A stretch of DNA of 48,425 nt from positions 1 through 48,425 of the forward strand of contig JAABSG010000001.1 in assembly GCA_011390475.1 (NCBI GenBank), in the 5' to 3' direction. The notes beneath the pieces were generated by a model, which did no database searches, was not told where the DNA came from, and worked only from the letters and a program-made list of their open reading frames with translations. A program made the translations under genes and the position numbers. Shown here piece after piece: positions 32,092 to 41,133 of this stretch. Each line of letters starts with the position of its first letter. The stretch's first letter is position 1. This DNA is from Geminicoccaceae bacterium (GTDB taxonomy: Bacteria; Pseudomonadota; Alphaproteobacteria; Geminicoccales; Geminicoccaceae).

Positions 32092-32790
32092 TCATGTAGG
32101 CCGGGCGTCGCCCTGGCACAAGCGGGCGACGGCGGCGATCAGGCCCATGGTCTCGGGATCGAGCCGGCCATCGACCCGGGCCTGGCGCCAATGCCGCTGG
32201 AAGGCGGCGACGATTTGCGTCGGCTGGGTGTTCGGCAAATCGAAGCGGTAGCCGATACCGGCGAGCCGCGCGTAGGCCGTGGCGGGGTCGACGGCGGTCG
32301 GCGTGGCGGTCGGTGGCCAGATGCCGAGGCCGTGCCCGGCGAGTTCGGCCCAGGGAAAGAGCTCGCCCGGGTCGGTCTTGCGCGCTGGTGCCACATCGCT
32401 GTGACCGATGACGGCGTCGGCCGGCAATGCATGGCGGTCGACGATGGCACCGGCGAGGTCGATCAGGGCCGTGATCTGCGGTTGTGGGAAGGCGCGATAG
32501 CCCCACTCGTGGCCCGGATTGACGAGTTCGATGCCGATCGAGTGGCCGTTGACGTCGTCGATCGCGCGCCAGGCGGATACCCCGGCATGCCAGGCCCGCC
32601 GGGTCTCGGGAACGAGAGTCAGGATCGTGCCGTCCTCGTCGATGACGTAATGTGCGCTGACCTTGGCCGCGGGGTCAGAGAGGCGGGCAATGGCCGCGGC
32701 AGCGGTGGCCATGCCGGTGTAATGGAGGATGAGCAGCGAGGGCTCTGTCGCCTCGGGCCGCGCATCGTGGTTGGGCGAGGCAGCCGGCAG
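32092..32790 (-). CDS. N-acetylmuramoyl-L-alanine amidase (AmpD/amidase_2 family) with C-terminal peptidoglycan-binding domain
   Basis: SPNHDAR, LLILHYTGM, AHYVIDEDG, RAWHAGVSAW, SIGIELVN and IGHSDVAPARKTDPGELFPW, plus a C-terminal PG_binding-like AFQRHWRQARVDGRLDPET. The start codon is unresolved: there is no in-frame ATG, GTG or TTG between the asd stop and the catalytic LHYTG. The 5' coordinate given is an in-frame CTG. Confidence 0.8.
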   Translation of the reverse strand: MPAASPNHDARPEATEPSLLILHYTGMATAAAAIARLSDPAAKVSAHYVIDEDGTILTLVPETRRAWHAGVSAWRAIDDVNGHSIGIELVNPGHEWGYRAFPQPQITALIDLAGAIVDRHALPADAVIGHSDVAPARKTDPGELFPWAELAGHGLGIWPPTATPTAVDPATAYARLAGIGYRFDLPNTQPTQIVAAFQRHWRQARVDGRLDPETMGLIAAVARLCQGDARPT

Positions 32791-32843
32791 CGGCGGCGTC
32801 GCGCATGCGCTGTCCCCGAGTGACGTCGGCTCGGTGGGTGGCC

Positions 32844-33860
32844 TCAGATGTAGCCTTCCTCGATCAGCGCCTGGGCGATCTGCACGGTGTTGAGTGCTGC
32901 ACCCTTCCGCAGATTGTCCGCCACCACCCATAGCTGCAGGCCGTGCGGCACCGTCGTGTCCTGGCGAATGCGCGAGACGAAGGTGGCGTGATCGCCCACA
33001 CAGTCGATTTGCGTGACGTACTCGTCGTCCTCGGGGCGATCGACGACCAGGATGCCGCTGAACTCGTGCAGGGCGGCCCGCGCGTCCTCTGGGTCGAGGG
33101 CTTCCTCGAACTCGACGTTGAGGGCCAGGGCATGGCCGACGAAGACAGGGACGCGCACACAGGTGGCGGCGACCTCGATTTCCGGGTCGAGGATCTTCTT
33201 GGTCTCGACCATCATCTTCCACTCTTCCTTGGTCGACCCGTCTTCCATGAAGCTGTCGATCCGGGGGATGCAGTTGAAGGCGATCTGCTTGGTGAAGACC
33301 GAAGGCTCCCTCTTGGCGTTCATATAGATCGACTTGGTCTGCTCGAAGAGCTCGTCCATGGCTTCCTGACCAGCACCACTCACCGACTGGTAGGTCGAGA
33401 CGACCACCCGGCGGATGCGGGCGATGTCGTGGAGCGGCTTGAGGGCCATCACCATCTGGATGGTCGAGCAGTTGGGATTGGCGATGATGTTCTTCGCCCT
33501 GAAACCCTCGAGCGCCTCGGGATTGACTTCGGGGACGACCAGCGGGACATCCGGGTCCATGCGGAACTGCGAGGTGTTGTCGATGACGATGCAGCCGGCG
33601 GCGGCGGCCCTTGGCGCCTGGACGGCCGAGATGGCGGCACCCGGCGAGAAGAGGCCGAGATCCACGCCCTCGAAGTCGAAAGTGGCGAGGTCCTTGACCT
33701 TCAGGCGCTTGTCGTCGCCGTACGAGACTTCCTTGCCGACCGAGCGTTCCGACGCCAAGGCGATGACCTCGTCCGCCGGAAAGCGCAGCTCCTCGAGGAT
33801 GTTGAGTATCTCTTGGCCGACGGCGCCGGTGGCGCCGGCAACGGCAACGCGATAGCCCAT
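32844..33860 (-). CDS. asd: aspartate-semialdehyde dehydrogenase
   Basis: 338 aa. VAVAGATGAVGQEIL, NPNCSTIQMVMAL and VSTYQSVSGAG. Confidence 0.96.
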   Translation of the reverse strand: MGYRVAVAGATGAVGQEILNILEELRFPADEVIALASERSVGKEVSYGDDKRLKVKDLATFDFEGVDLGLFSPGAAISAVQAPRAAAAGCIVIDNTSQFRMDPDVPLVVPEVNPEALEGFRAKNIIANPNCSTIQMVMALKPLHDIARIRRVVVSTYQSVSGAGQEAMDELFEQTKSIYMNAKREPSVFTKQIAFNCIPRIDSFMEDGSTKEEWKMMVETKKILDPEIEVAATCVRVPVFVGHALALNVEFEEALDPEDARAALHEFSGILVVDRPEDDEYVTQIDCVGDHATFVSRIRQDTTVPHGLQLWVVADNLRKGAALNTVQIAQALIEEGYI

Positions 33861-33878
33861 GGGGTCGATTCCTGGTGT

Positions 33879-34991
33879 TCAGCCGAGCGAGGCGTCGAGG
33901 ATATCGAGGACGGCCTGACCCATGGCCGTGGTCGAGACCTCGCGCATGCCCGGCTGCATGATGTCGGGGGTACGGTAGCCCTGGTCGAGGACGCTGGCGA
34001 TGGCTTTCTCCAGCCGATCCGCCTCCAGGCCGAGGTCGAACGAGTAGCGCAGCGTCATGGCGAAGCTGAGCAGCATGGCCAAGGGATTGGCCTTGCCTTG
34101 CCCGGCGATGTCCGGCGCCGAGCCGTGTACCGGCTCGTAGAGCGCCTTCCTGCGGCCGGCCTGGTCGGGGGCACCGAGTGATGCCGAGGGCAGCATGCCG
34201 AGCGAACCGGTCAGCATGGCCGCGGCGTCCGAGAGCAGGTCGCCGAAGAGGTTGTCGGTGACGATCACGTCGAACTGCTTGGGCCGGCGGACGAGCTGCA
34301 TGGCGCAGTTGTCGGCGTACATGTGGGCGAGTTCGACGTCCTGGAATGCCTCGGCGTGGAGCTTGGTCACCTCTTCCCGCCAGAGGACTCCCGTGTGCAT
34401 CACGTTGGCCTTCTCGACCGAGGTGACGTGGTTGCGGCGCTTCTTGGCCAGCTCGAAGCCCACTGCCGCGATCCGGCGAATCTCCGGGGTCGTGTAGACC
34501 TGGGTATCGACCGCGCGCTTCGTGCCGTCCGGCAGTGTCTCGATGCCGCGCGGCTCGCCGAAATAGACGCCGCCGGTGAGCTCGCGGAGGATCAGGATGT
34601 CGAGGCCCTCGACCAGCTCTTTCTTCAGCGAGCTGGCCTCGGCGAGCGCCGGGAAGACCATGGCGGGGCGGAGATTGGCGAAGAGGTCCAATTCCTTCCT
34701 GAGCTGCAGGAGGCCCTGCTCGGGCTTCAGGTGGAAGGGGTTGGCGTCGTATTGCGGGCCGCCCACGGCACCGAAGACCACCGCGTCCGCCGCCTTGGCG
34801 AGGCCCAGCGTGCTCTCGGCCAAGGGCAGGCCGTGCGCGTCGAGGGCGGACCCACCGACGAGATCGCGCTCGCATTCGAACTTCATGCCCTGCCGATCGC
34901 CGAGCCAGCCGATCACCCGCTCGACCTCGCCCATCACCTCGGGGCCGATGCCGTCGCCGGGCAGGAGCAGAAGATTGCCGACCTGATTCAT
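33879..34991 (-). CDS. leuB: 3-isopropylmalate dehydrogenase
   Basis: 370 aa. [31 protein letters not shown] and [14 protein letters not shown]. Confidence 0.96.
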   Translation of the reverse strand: MNQVGNLLLLPGDGIGPEVMGEVERVIGWLGDRQGMKFECERDLVGGSALDAHGLPLAESTLGLAKAADAVVFGAVGGPQYDANPFHLKPEQGLLQLRKELDLFANLRPAMVFPALAEASSLKKELVEGLDILILRELTGGVYFGEPRGIETLPDGTKRAVDTQVYTTPEIRRIAAVGFELAKKRRNHVTSVEKANVMHTGVLWREEVTKLHAEAFQDVELAHMYADNCAMQLVRRPKQFDVIVTDNLFGDLLSDAAAMLTGSLGMLPSASLGAPDQAGRRKALYEPVHGSAPDIAGQGKANPLAMLLSFAMTLRYSFDLGLEADRLEKAIASVLDQGYRTPDIMQPGMREVSTTAMGQAVLDILDASLG

Positions 34992-35019
34992 CTGAAACCT
35001 ACGTCGAAAAAAGGAAAGG

Positions 35020-35646
35020 TCAGGCGGCAGTGCCGGCGTAGAGCCAGGACTGGCCGGCCTTCTGCTTCGCCTCGAAACCGTCGATCGCCTCGGCCTTGAC
35101 CATGGTGAGGCCGATATCGTCGAGGCCGTTCAGGAGACAGTGCTTGCTGAACGCATCCACGTCGAAATGGATCGGCTCGTTGCCGGTCGGACGCTGGATG
35201 GTCTGGCTCTCGAGATCGACGGTGAAGGGCCGGCCATCGGCGTTCTCGGCCTCCTTCATCAGCAGCTCGACCGTCTCCTTCGGCAGCACGATCGGCAAGA
35301 TGCCGTTCTTGAAGCAGTTATTGAAGAAGATGTCGGCGAAAGAGGGGGCGATCACGCAGCGGATGCCGAAATCCAAGAGCGCCCAGGGCGCGTGCTCGCG
35401 TGACGAGCCGCAGCCGAAATTGTCGCCGGCGATGAGGATTTCGGCCTTCCGGTAGGGCTCTTTGTTCAAGACGAAGTCGGGCTGCTCCCGGCCCGCCTGG
35501 TCGTAGCGCATCTCGTCGAAGAGATTCTGACCCAGCCCGGTCCGCTTGATCGTCTTCAGGAACTGCTTGGGGATGATCATGTCGGTGTCGACATTGATCA
35601 TCGGCAAGGGGGCGGCGATCCCGGTCAGGGTATTGAAGGCTTGCAT
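35020..35646 (-). CDS. leuD: 3-isopropylmalate dehydratase small subunit
   Basis: ATG at 35646 gives 208 aa: [31 protein letters not shown] and [14 protein letters not shown]. Confidence 0.95.
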   Translation of the reverse strand: MQAFNTLTGIAAPLPMINVDTDMIIPKQFLKTIKRTGLGQNLFDEMRYDQAGREQPDFVLNKEPYRKAEILIAGDNFGCGSSREHAPWALLDFGIRCVIAPSFADIFFNNCFKNGILPIVLPKETVELLMKEAENADGRPFTVDLESQTIQRPTGNEPIHFDVDAFSKHCLLNGLDDIGLTMVKAEAIDGFEAKQKAGQSWLYAGTAA

Positions 35647-35706
35647 GGGTGGAATCCGTGGCAAAACGCTGTGGCCGTCGTCATAGGCGGTTGAGCCGTT
35701 CGGAGC

Positions 35707-35738
35707 AAGAAGATGGCGGGGAGACGGTGGATGCCCCC
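35707..35738 (+). repeat. short intergenic repeat, copy F (AAGAAGATGGCGGG... family)
   Basis: AAGAAGATGGCGGGGAGACGGTGGATGCCCCC. Shares the AAGAAGATGGCGGG head and C-rich tail with copies at 36701 and 36741. Confidence 0.5.
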
Positions 35739-35747
35739 AGGGTTCGT

Positions 35748-35779
35748 GAAAAAGACGACGGGGAGGCGCTGCCTCACCG
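35748..35779 (-). terminator. candidate intrinsic terminator downstream of the channel gene
   Basis: Minus strand reads GGTGAGGC-agc-GCCTCCCC followed by GTCGTCTTTTTCAC, about 55 nt after the channel stop codon. Confidence 0.5.
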
Positions 35780-35831
35780 TCGGCCCCTCCGGTACTTTGT
35801 GGTGGTGGAAGCGTGGGGGGCGTCGTTCGAC

Positions 35832-36647
35832 CTATTCGCGCCTGACGTCGCGGAGCTCTTCGCGGAGCAGCGCGATCTCCTGGCGGAGGGCTTCGATCTC
35901 GGAGGCGCCGGCGACTTCGCTTTCCGGGGCCTCGGCTTCCTGGCCGATGAAGAAGGTGGCGAGGCTGGCGGTGATGTAGCCGAAGACGGCGAGACCGTAG
36001 ACCGAGAGCAGGAGGGTGAGCATGCGGCCCTCGGGCGATTCGGGCCAGAAATCGGAGCCCACCGTAGCGATCAGCATGGCCGTCCACCAGAGCGCATCGG
36101 CATAGCCGGTAAAGCCACCACCGACCTCGGTCGCAGGCTCGAAGGTCATCATCCCGGCGGCACCCAGGACAATGACCATCGCCGTGGTCAAGAGCACATA
36201 GCCGAGGCCGCGCCGGTCGAAGCTCCGGCGCAAAGCGTTGATGCCGCGATTGGCCGTGCCGACGATGCGCACCAGACGCAGCCCGCGGGCCAGGCGCAAG
36301 AAGCGTAGCGCATTGAGAAAGCGGAGCGCGGGGGCGGCCAAGGCCACGATGGTGACGACGTTGTTGCGCAAGAACCGTGGCTTGCGCGGCGCGAGGCTGA
36401 AGCGCAGCAGGAACTCGGCGATGAAGACGATCCAGATGGCCGTGCCGAAGAACTGGAAGATGCCGGACGTGGTCCAGACCAGCTCGACCAGCACCAGCAC
36501 CAGCCAAATCAGGGAGAGCACGATCATCGGCGCCTCCAGCCATGCCTCGAGCTGCTGCAGCGTCAGCCACCGCTCCCGCTCCGCCTCCGGCTCGTCCGAT
36601 CCGCTCTCGTCACGATCCCGCATTCGTCCCTCCCCCCGCATCGTCAC
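35832..36647 (-). CDS. voltage-sensor-containing ion transport protein (Kv-like, non-canonical pore)
   Basis: 271 aa. S4-like [15 protein letters not shown]. Pore helix plus filter [22 protein letters not shown]6, then a C-terminal coiled coil [17 protein letters not shown]. Confidence 0.8.
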   Translation of the reverse strand: MTMRGEGRMRDRDESGSDEPEAERERWLTLQQLEAWLEAPMIVLSLIWLVLVLVELVWTTSGIFQFFGTAIWIVFIAEFLLRFSLAPRKPRFLRNNVVTIVALAAPALRFLNALRFLRLARGLRLVRIVGTANRGINALRRSFDRRGLGYVLLTTAMVIVLGAAGMMTFEPATEVGGGFTGYADALWWTAMLIATVGSDFWPESPEGRMLTLLLSVYGLAVFGYITASLATFFIGQEAEAPESEVAGASEIEALRQEIALLREELRDVRRE

Positions 36648-36700
36648 GTCGATCGACTACCAAAGCCCGGAGTGGCAGGCTTGGTTGCCGAGTGGAAGGG

Positions 36701-36780
36701 AAGAAGATGGCGGGCAGGCTGGCCTCCCCCCAAGTGAAAACGAAGATGGCGGGCAGGCTTGCCTCCCCGCCGGCCTCCCC
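36701..36780 (+). repeat. two tandem copies of the intergenic repeat (copies B and C)
   Basis: GAAGATGGCGGGCAGGCTGGCCTCCCC (36703-36729) and GAAGATGGCGGGCAGGCTTGCCTCCCC (36742-36768) are 26/27 identical with a 39-nt period. An extra GGCCTCCCC lies at 36772-36780. The repeats sit in the divergent spacer between the channel gene and the GFA gene. Confidence 0.85.
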
Positions 36781-36891
36781 GAAACTTTGCAGTGGTGCGG
36801 GTGGGCGCGAGGGTGGTCGAAAGGGAACTCGTGCCCCAAAGACTGTTCCCCCGACCCATTAGCGGAATGGCTGTATATGAGGAGACACAGC

Positions 36892-37284
36892 ATGGACCGG
36901 TTTACCGGCGGTTGCCTGTGCGGCAACGTCCGACTCGTCGCGTCGGGCCTTCCCTACCGGGTCGGCATTTGCCACTGCCTGGACTGTCGCAAGCATCATG
37001 GCGCCTTCTTTTATGCCGCGGCAGTGTTCCCACAGGATGCGGTGACGATCGAAGGCGAGACGCGCGACTGGGCCGGACGGCATTTCTGTCCGCGCTGCGG
37101 CTCGTCCGTTTTTGCCGAGAGCACCGACGAAATCGAAGTGCACCTCGGCTCCCTGGACGCCCCCGACCAACTGATTCCGACCTACGAAAGCTGGACCGTC
37201 CGTCGCGAATCCTGGCTGCCGCCATTTCCGCTCACGAAACGCTACGACCGCGATCGTGACGACACGGGCCGCTTCGCGGGGTAG
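36892..37284 (+). CDS. GFA family protein (glutathione-dependent formaldehyde-activating / CENP-V-like Zn-binding domain)
   Basis: ATG at 36892 (GAGGAG upstream) gives 130 aa: GGCLCGNVR, CHCLDCRKHHGA and CPRCGS cysteine pattern. Confidence 0.85.
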   Translation: MDRFTGGCLCGNVRLVASGLPYRVGICHCLDCRKHHGAFFYAAAVFPQDAVTIEGETRDWAGRHFCPRCGSSVFAESTDEIEVHLGSLDAPDQLIPTYESWTVRRESWLPPFPLTKRYDRDRDDTGRFAG

Positions 37285-37313
37285 GTCGCGCGAACGGTGC
37301 GAAGGCCTAGGGT

Positions 37314-37354
37314 AAGAAGAAGCGCAGGGAGGCTCGCCTCCCTGCGATCTTCCC
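37314..37354. terminator. strong hairpin between convergent GFA and VOC genes (repeat-family copy E); probable bidirectional terminator
   Basis: CGCAGGGAGGC-tc-GCCTCCCTGCG is a perfect 11-bp stem (37323-37346), flanked by GAAGAAG and ATCTTCC. Confidence 0.55.
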
Positions 37355-37379
37355 TGGCGGCCGCGAGGCCGCTTCCGGC

Positions 37380-37769
37380 TCAGACCTGGTTCGAGACTTC
37401 GATGAGGTTGCCGTCGGGGTCGCGGAAGTAGAGGGAGGTCAGGCGGCCGGTGGCGCCGGTTTTGGGGGTTGGGCCTTCGAGGACGGGGAAGCCGAGCTCG
37501 GTCATGCGCCGGGCGACTTCGTTTATCGGGGTGTCGGTCAGGAAGCAGAGGTCGGCCGAGCCTGGAGTCGGGTGGGTGGCTTTCGGCTCGAATTCGTGGC
37601 CTTTGCGGTGAATGTTGATTTTTTGGCTGCCGAAGCCGAGGGCTTCACGGGTTTGGCCGTCAGGGGTCGTGAAGGTGGTCCAGGTCATGGCGAGGCCCGC
37701 TTCGTAGAACCGTCTCGTGGATTCGGGGTCGGTGATGGTGAGGACGAGGTGGTCGAGGGATTTGATCAT
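37380..37769 (-). CDS. VOC family protein (glyoxalase/bleomycin resistance/dioxygenase superfamily)
   Basis: ATG at 37769 (GGAAGAAAG upstream) gives 129 aa: LDHLVLTITD, QKINIHRKGHEFEPKATHPTPGSADLCF and YFRDPDGNLIEVS. Confidence 0.85.
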   Translation of the reverse strand: MIKSLDHLVLTITDPESTRRFYEAGLAMTWTTFTTPDGQTREALGFGSQKINIHRKGHEFEPKATHPTPGSADLCFLTDTPINEVARRMTELGFPVLEGPTPKTGATGRLTSLYFRDPDGNLIEVSNQV

Positions 37770-38100
37770 CTTTCTTCCATGCAGCGGACGATGTCGTCGT
37801 CCAGGCCCGGGTGGTGGCCCATTTCGTGGGGTCACGATTTCGAAGACGACCTCGTCGAGGGAGCAGTCGCGTCCGGCCCATTCCATGACGACAGGCATGC
37901 GGAAGAGGCAGATCATTTCGGGCTCGGAGGGGGCGAGAGCGGCCTGGCGTTCAGCGATGGGGACGGCCTGGGAGGGGCTGGAGAGTTCGGACAGGTACAA
38001 CTCCCGACGCCCTACTGGTATTTTGGTAGCGGCGCGCCGGCGTTGATCGTCGTTCGACACTGAGCACCACGCGTAGCCCTGCCACCTGCGCAAGGTGACG

Positions 38101-38156
38101 GTGGGGCGTGGGGAGGTGTCGCCTCCCCACATCTTCTTGTTTTTATTGGCTTTTTT
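38101..38156 (+). repeat. repeat-family copy A: hairpin plus T-rich tail, oriented as a plus-strand terminator
   Basis: GTGGGGAGG-tgtcg-CCTCCCCAC (38108-38130) followed by ATCTTCTTGTTTTTATTGGCTTTTTT. Lies immediately after the mcd stop but in the opposite orientation. Confidence 0.5.
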
Positions 38157-39828
38157 AGCTTTCCAGCAGCCGCCTGGCGATGACCTGGGCCTGGATCTCG
38201 GCGGCGCCTTCGAAGATGTTGAGGATGCGGGCGTCGCAGAGCACGCGGCTGATCGGATACTCGATCGCGTAGCCGTTGCCACCGTGGATCTGGAGCGCGT
38301 TGTCGGCGGTGGCCCAGGCGACTTGGGCGGCAAGCAGTTTGGCGAGGCCGGCCTCCAGGTCGCAGCGCCGCTCGGCGTCCTTTTCGCGGGCCGAGAAGAG
38401 GGTGAGCTGGCGGGCGATCTGCACCTCGACCGCCATCCAGGCGAGCTTGCCGGAAACACGGGGGAAGGCCGTGAGCGGCTTTTTGAACTGGATGCGGTCC
38501 TTGGCGTAGGCGAGGCCGAGCTCGAGGGCGTTTCTGGCCACGCCGACGGCGCGGGCGGCGGTCTGGATCCGCGCCCCTTCGAAGGTGGCCATGAGCTGCT
38601 TGAAGCCTTGGCCTTCGACGCCGCCCAGGAGATTGTCGCCGGCGACCCTGAAGCCATCGAAGCCCAGGGTGTATTCCTTCATGCCGCGATAACCCAGGAC
38701 CTCGATTTCGCCGCCGCTGAGGCCGTCGACCGGGAAGGGATCGGCGTCGGTGCCGCGGGGTTTTTCCGCGAGCAGCATGGAGAGGCCCTTGTAGCCGGCC
38801 TCCTCGGGGCGGGTGCGGCAGAGCACGGTCATGAGATCGGCTCGGGCGGCGTGGGTGATCCAGGTCTTGGCGCCGGTGATCGTCCAGCCGTCCGCATCGC
38901 GGACCGCCCGGGTTTTCAGGGACGCCAGGTCTGAGCCGGTGTCGGGTTCGGTGAAGACGGCTGTCGGGATGATCTCGCCGGACGCGACCTTCGGCAGGAA
39001 GCGCTCTTGCTGCTCGGCGGTGCCGCCGAGGCGGATCAGCTCGCCCGCGATTTCCGAGCGGGTGGAGAGCGAGCCCACGCCGATATAGCCGCGGGAGAGT
39101 TCCTCGGTCACGACGCACATCGCCACCTTGCCCAGGCCGAGGCCGCCGAATTCTTCGGGCAGGGTCAGGCCGAACACGCCGAGCTCGGCCAGTTCCTCGA
39201 TCAGCGGCAGCGGAATGAGCTCGTCGCGCTCGTGCCAGCCATGGGCGTGGGGGATCACCTTGTCGTCGCTGAAGCGTTGGAACTGTTCCCTGATCATGTC
39301 CAGGGTTTCGTCGCCGAGCGCCCACTGGCCGAAATCGCCCTCGTCGATGAGCTCGGCGATGCGGGCGCGGGTCACTGCCGTATTGCCGCCTTGAATGAGC
39401 GAGCGGACGGCGGGGTCGCTGGTGAAGGCCTGGATGGCGGCCTCACCCAGATAGAGATCGCGGGGGCGCACGACCTCGACCTGGCTCATCGGGATGCCGC
39501 CCTGGATGCGCGCCAGATACTCGCCGAAGGCGGCCTCGAGCATCAGCCGTTCGAGCTCACCGAGGCTGCCCTCGCCGTCCAGCCGTTCGGCCCAGCCGCG
39601 CATCTGGCGCAGGGCCTGACGGTAGACCTCGAGCCAGGCGAGGCCGTGCGCCGCGAACTGCTCCTGGTCGAGCAGGGCTGCATCGATGCGGCCGGTGGGG
39701 GCGACGACGCGGCGGACGGCGTCCTTGGCCGCATCGAACAGCTGGTCGGTGGCCGCGAGGGCGGCCGCCGTCTGCGTCCAGATATCGCCCGAGGGCGCGG
39801 TCTCGACGGTTGATAGGGCGATGGCCAA
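38155..39828 (-). CDS. mcd: (2S)-methylsuccinyl-CoA dehydrogenase (acyl-CoA dehydrogenase with about 170-aa N-terminal extension)
   Basis: 557 aa. The acyl-CoA dehydrogenase core (TEPDTGSDLASLKT, GAKTWITHA, QIHGGNGYAIEYPISR) is preceded by the long N-terminal extension characteristic of Mcd. Sits directly downstream of ccr. TTG start 3 nt after the ccr stop, with GGAGGA upstream. Confidence 0.8.
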   Translation of the reverse strand: MAIALSTVETAPSGDIWTQTAAALAATDQLFDAAKDAVRRVVAPTGRIDAALLDQEQFAAHGLAWLEVYRQALRQMRGWAERLDGEGSLGELERLMLEAAFGEYLARIQGGIPMSQVEVVRPRDLYLGEAAIQAFTSDPAVRSLIQGGNTAVTRARIAELIDEGDFGQWALGDETLDMIREQFQRFSDDKVIPHAHGWHERDELIPLPLIEELAELGVFGLTLPEEFGGLGLGKVAMCVVTEELSRGYIGVGSLSTRSEIAGELIRLGGTAEQQERFLPKVASGEIIPTAVFTEPDTGSDLASLKTRAVRDADGWTITGAKTWITHAARADLMTVLCRTRPEEAGYKGLSMLLAEKPRGTDADPFPVDGLSGGEIEVLGYRGMKEYTLGFDGFRVAGDNLLGGVEGQGFKQLMATFEGARIQTAARAVGVARNALELGLAYAKDRIQFKKPLTAFPRVSGKLAWMAVEVQIARQLTLFSAREKDAERRCDLEAGLAKLLAAQVAWATADNALQIHGGNGYAIEYPISRVLCDARILNIFEGAAEIQAQVIARRLLES

Positions 39829-39831
39829 GGC

Positions 39832-41133
39832 TCAGTCCTCCACCGCTTCCTCGAAGGTGCGCATGCCGGGGCGCTTCGCACTGACCAGCACCGCCATGTT
39901 GCCGGGCTTGTGCTGGTTCTTGAGCATCTTCATGTGGGCGCGGGGAATGTCGGCCCAGCTGAAGACCTCGGACATGCAGGGGTCGACCTGGCGGTCGAGG
40001 ACAAACTTGTTCGCCGCCGAGGCCTGTTTCAAGTTGGCGAAGTGGCTGCCCTGCAGGCGCTTTTGCCGCATCCAGAGGTAGCGGGCGTCGACGGTGAGCT
40101 TGTAGCCGGTGGTGCCGGCACAGATCACCACCATGCCGCCCCGCTTGCAGACCAGGGCGGAGACCGGGAACGTCGAAGCACCCGGGTGCTCGAAGACCAT
40201 GTCGACGTCGTTGCCCTTGCCGGTGATGTCCCAGATCGCCTTGCCGAACTTGCGCGCTTCCTTGACCCAGGCGTTGTAGGCCTCGGTGTCCATGGGATCG
40301 GGCATCTCGCCCCAGCAATTGAAGTCCTTGCGGTTGATCGCCCCCTTGGCCCCGAGCGACAGCACGAACTCGCGCTTGTCCTCCTCGGAGATCACGGCAA
40401 TCGCATTGGCGCCCGAGGCCGCGATCATCTGGATCGCCATGGACCCCAGGCCGCCGGCCCCGCCCCAGACCAGGACGTTGTCGCCGGGCTTGAGGATGTG
40501 CGGCTGGTGACCGAAGAGCATGCGATAGGCGGTGGCCAGGACCAGCGTGTAGCAGGCAGCCTCTTCCCAGGTCAGATGCTTCGGCCGAGGCATCAGCTGG
40601 CGGCTCTGCACCTTGCAGAACTGAGCGAAGGAGCCGTCGGTGGTCTCGTAGCCCCAGATGCGCTGGGAGGGCGAGTTCATCGGATCGCCGCCGTTGCACT
40701 CCTCGTCGTCACCGTCGTCCTGGTTGCAGTGGATGACGACCTCGTCGCCGACCTTCCAGCGCTTGACCTTCGAGCCCACGGCCCAGACGATGCCGGCCGC
40801 ATCGGAGCCCGCCACGTGGTAGGGTTGCTTGTGGACGTCCATGGGCGAGAGCGGGACGCCCAAGGCGGCCCAGACGCCATTATAGTTGACGCCCGCCGCC
40901 ATCACCAGGACCAGCACCTCGTCGTCGCCGATCGCGGGCGTCGGGACCACCTCTTCCAGCATCGAGGTCAGGGGCTCGCCGTGGCGCTCTTTTCTGATGG
41001 CCCAGGCGTACATATTGGCCGGCACGTGGCCCAAGGGCGGGATCTCGCCCACGTCGTAGAGGTCCTTGACGGGGCCGGTGGGGGTCGGCGTCGTCTCCGG
41101 CTTCATCGGAATGACCTGGGCTGTGGACGTCAT
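39832..41133 (-). CDS. ccr: crotonyl-CoA carboxylase/reductase
   Basis: From ATG at 41133, 433 aa: KDLYDVGEIPPLGHVPANMYAWAIRKERHGEP, VMAAGVNYNGVWA, VIHCNQDDGDDEECNGGDPM, GYETTDGSFAQF and HKPGNMAVLV match Ccr closely. The ORF stays open for a further 134 codons upstream; see the HTH feature and findings. Confidence 0.93.
   Translation of the reverse strand: MTSTAQVIPMKPETTPTPTGPVKDLYDVGEIPPLGHVPANMYAWAIRKERHGEPLTSMLEEVVPTPAIGDDEVLVLVMAAGVNYNGVWAALGVPLSPMDVHKQPYHVAGSDAAGIVWAVGSKVKRWKVGDEVVIHCNQDDGDDEECNGGDPMNSPSQRIWGYETTDGSFAQFCKVQSRQLMPRPKHLTWEEAACYTLVLATAYRMLFGHQPHILKPGDNVLVWGGAGGLGSMAIQMIAASGANAIAVISEEDKREFVLSLGAKGAINRKDFNCWGEMPDPMDTEAYNAWVKEARKFGKAIWDITGKGNDVDMVFEHPGASTFPVSALVCKRGGMVVICAGTTGYKLTVDARYLWMRQKRLQGSHFANLKQASAANKFVLDRQVDPCMSEVFSWADIPRAHMKMLKNQHKPGNMAVLVSAKRPGMRTFEEAVED

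Noticed and set aside
35647-35831. Absence of leuC upstream of leuD as a sign of a deletion or pseudogene.
   Set aside because: No leuC-like fragments are visible in any frame of the spacer, and leuC can be encoded elsewhere. The spacer is explained by a terminator and a repeat element.
35713-35979. Small ORFs starting at the AAGAAGATG repeat heads. Examples: 35713-35979 (MAGRRW...), 36542-36862 (..KKMAGRLASP..KMAGRLASP..) and 43421-43810 (MEKMFFPTPQ...).
   Set aside because: The shared Met-Ala-Gly-Arg start is a by-product of the DNA repeat. The downstream sequences are unrelated and low-complexity, and they overlap real genes on the opposite strand.
36701-36780. The tandem 27-nt repeats as a mini CRISPR array.
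   Set aside because: There are only two full copies with a 12-nt spacer, no cas genes and no leader. The repeat belongs to a dispersed hairpin family.
37380-37769. The VOC-family gene as the ethylmalonyl/methylmalonyl-CoA epimerase of the pathway.
   Set aside because: The epimerase also belongs to the VOC superfamily. However, this sequence (QKINIHRKGHEFEPKATHPTPGSADLCF...YFRDPDGNLIEVS) matches the YaeR-type or virulence-protein-type VOC pattern, not the epimerase pattern (HVAIAV.D...HHICYEV). The assignment would be unsupported.
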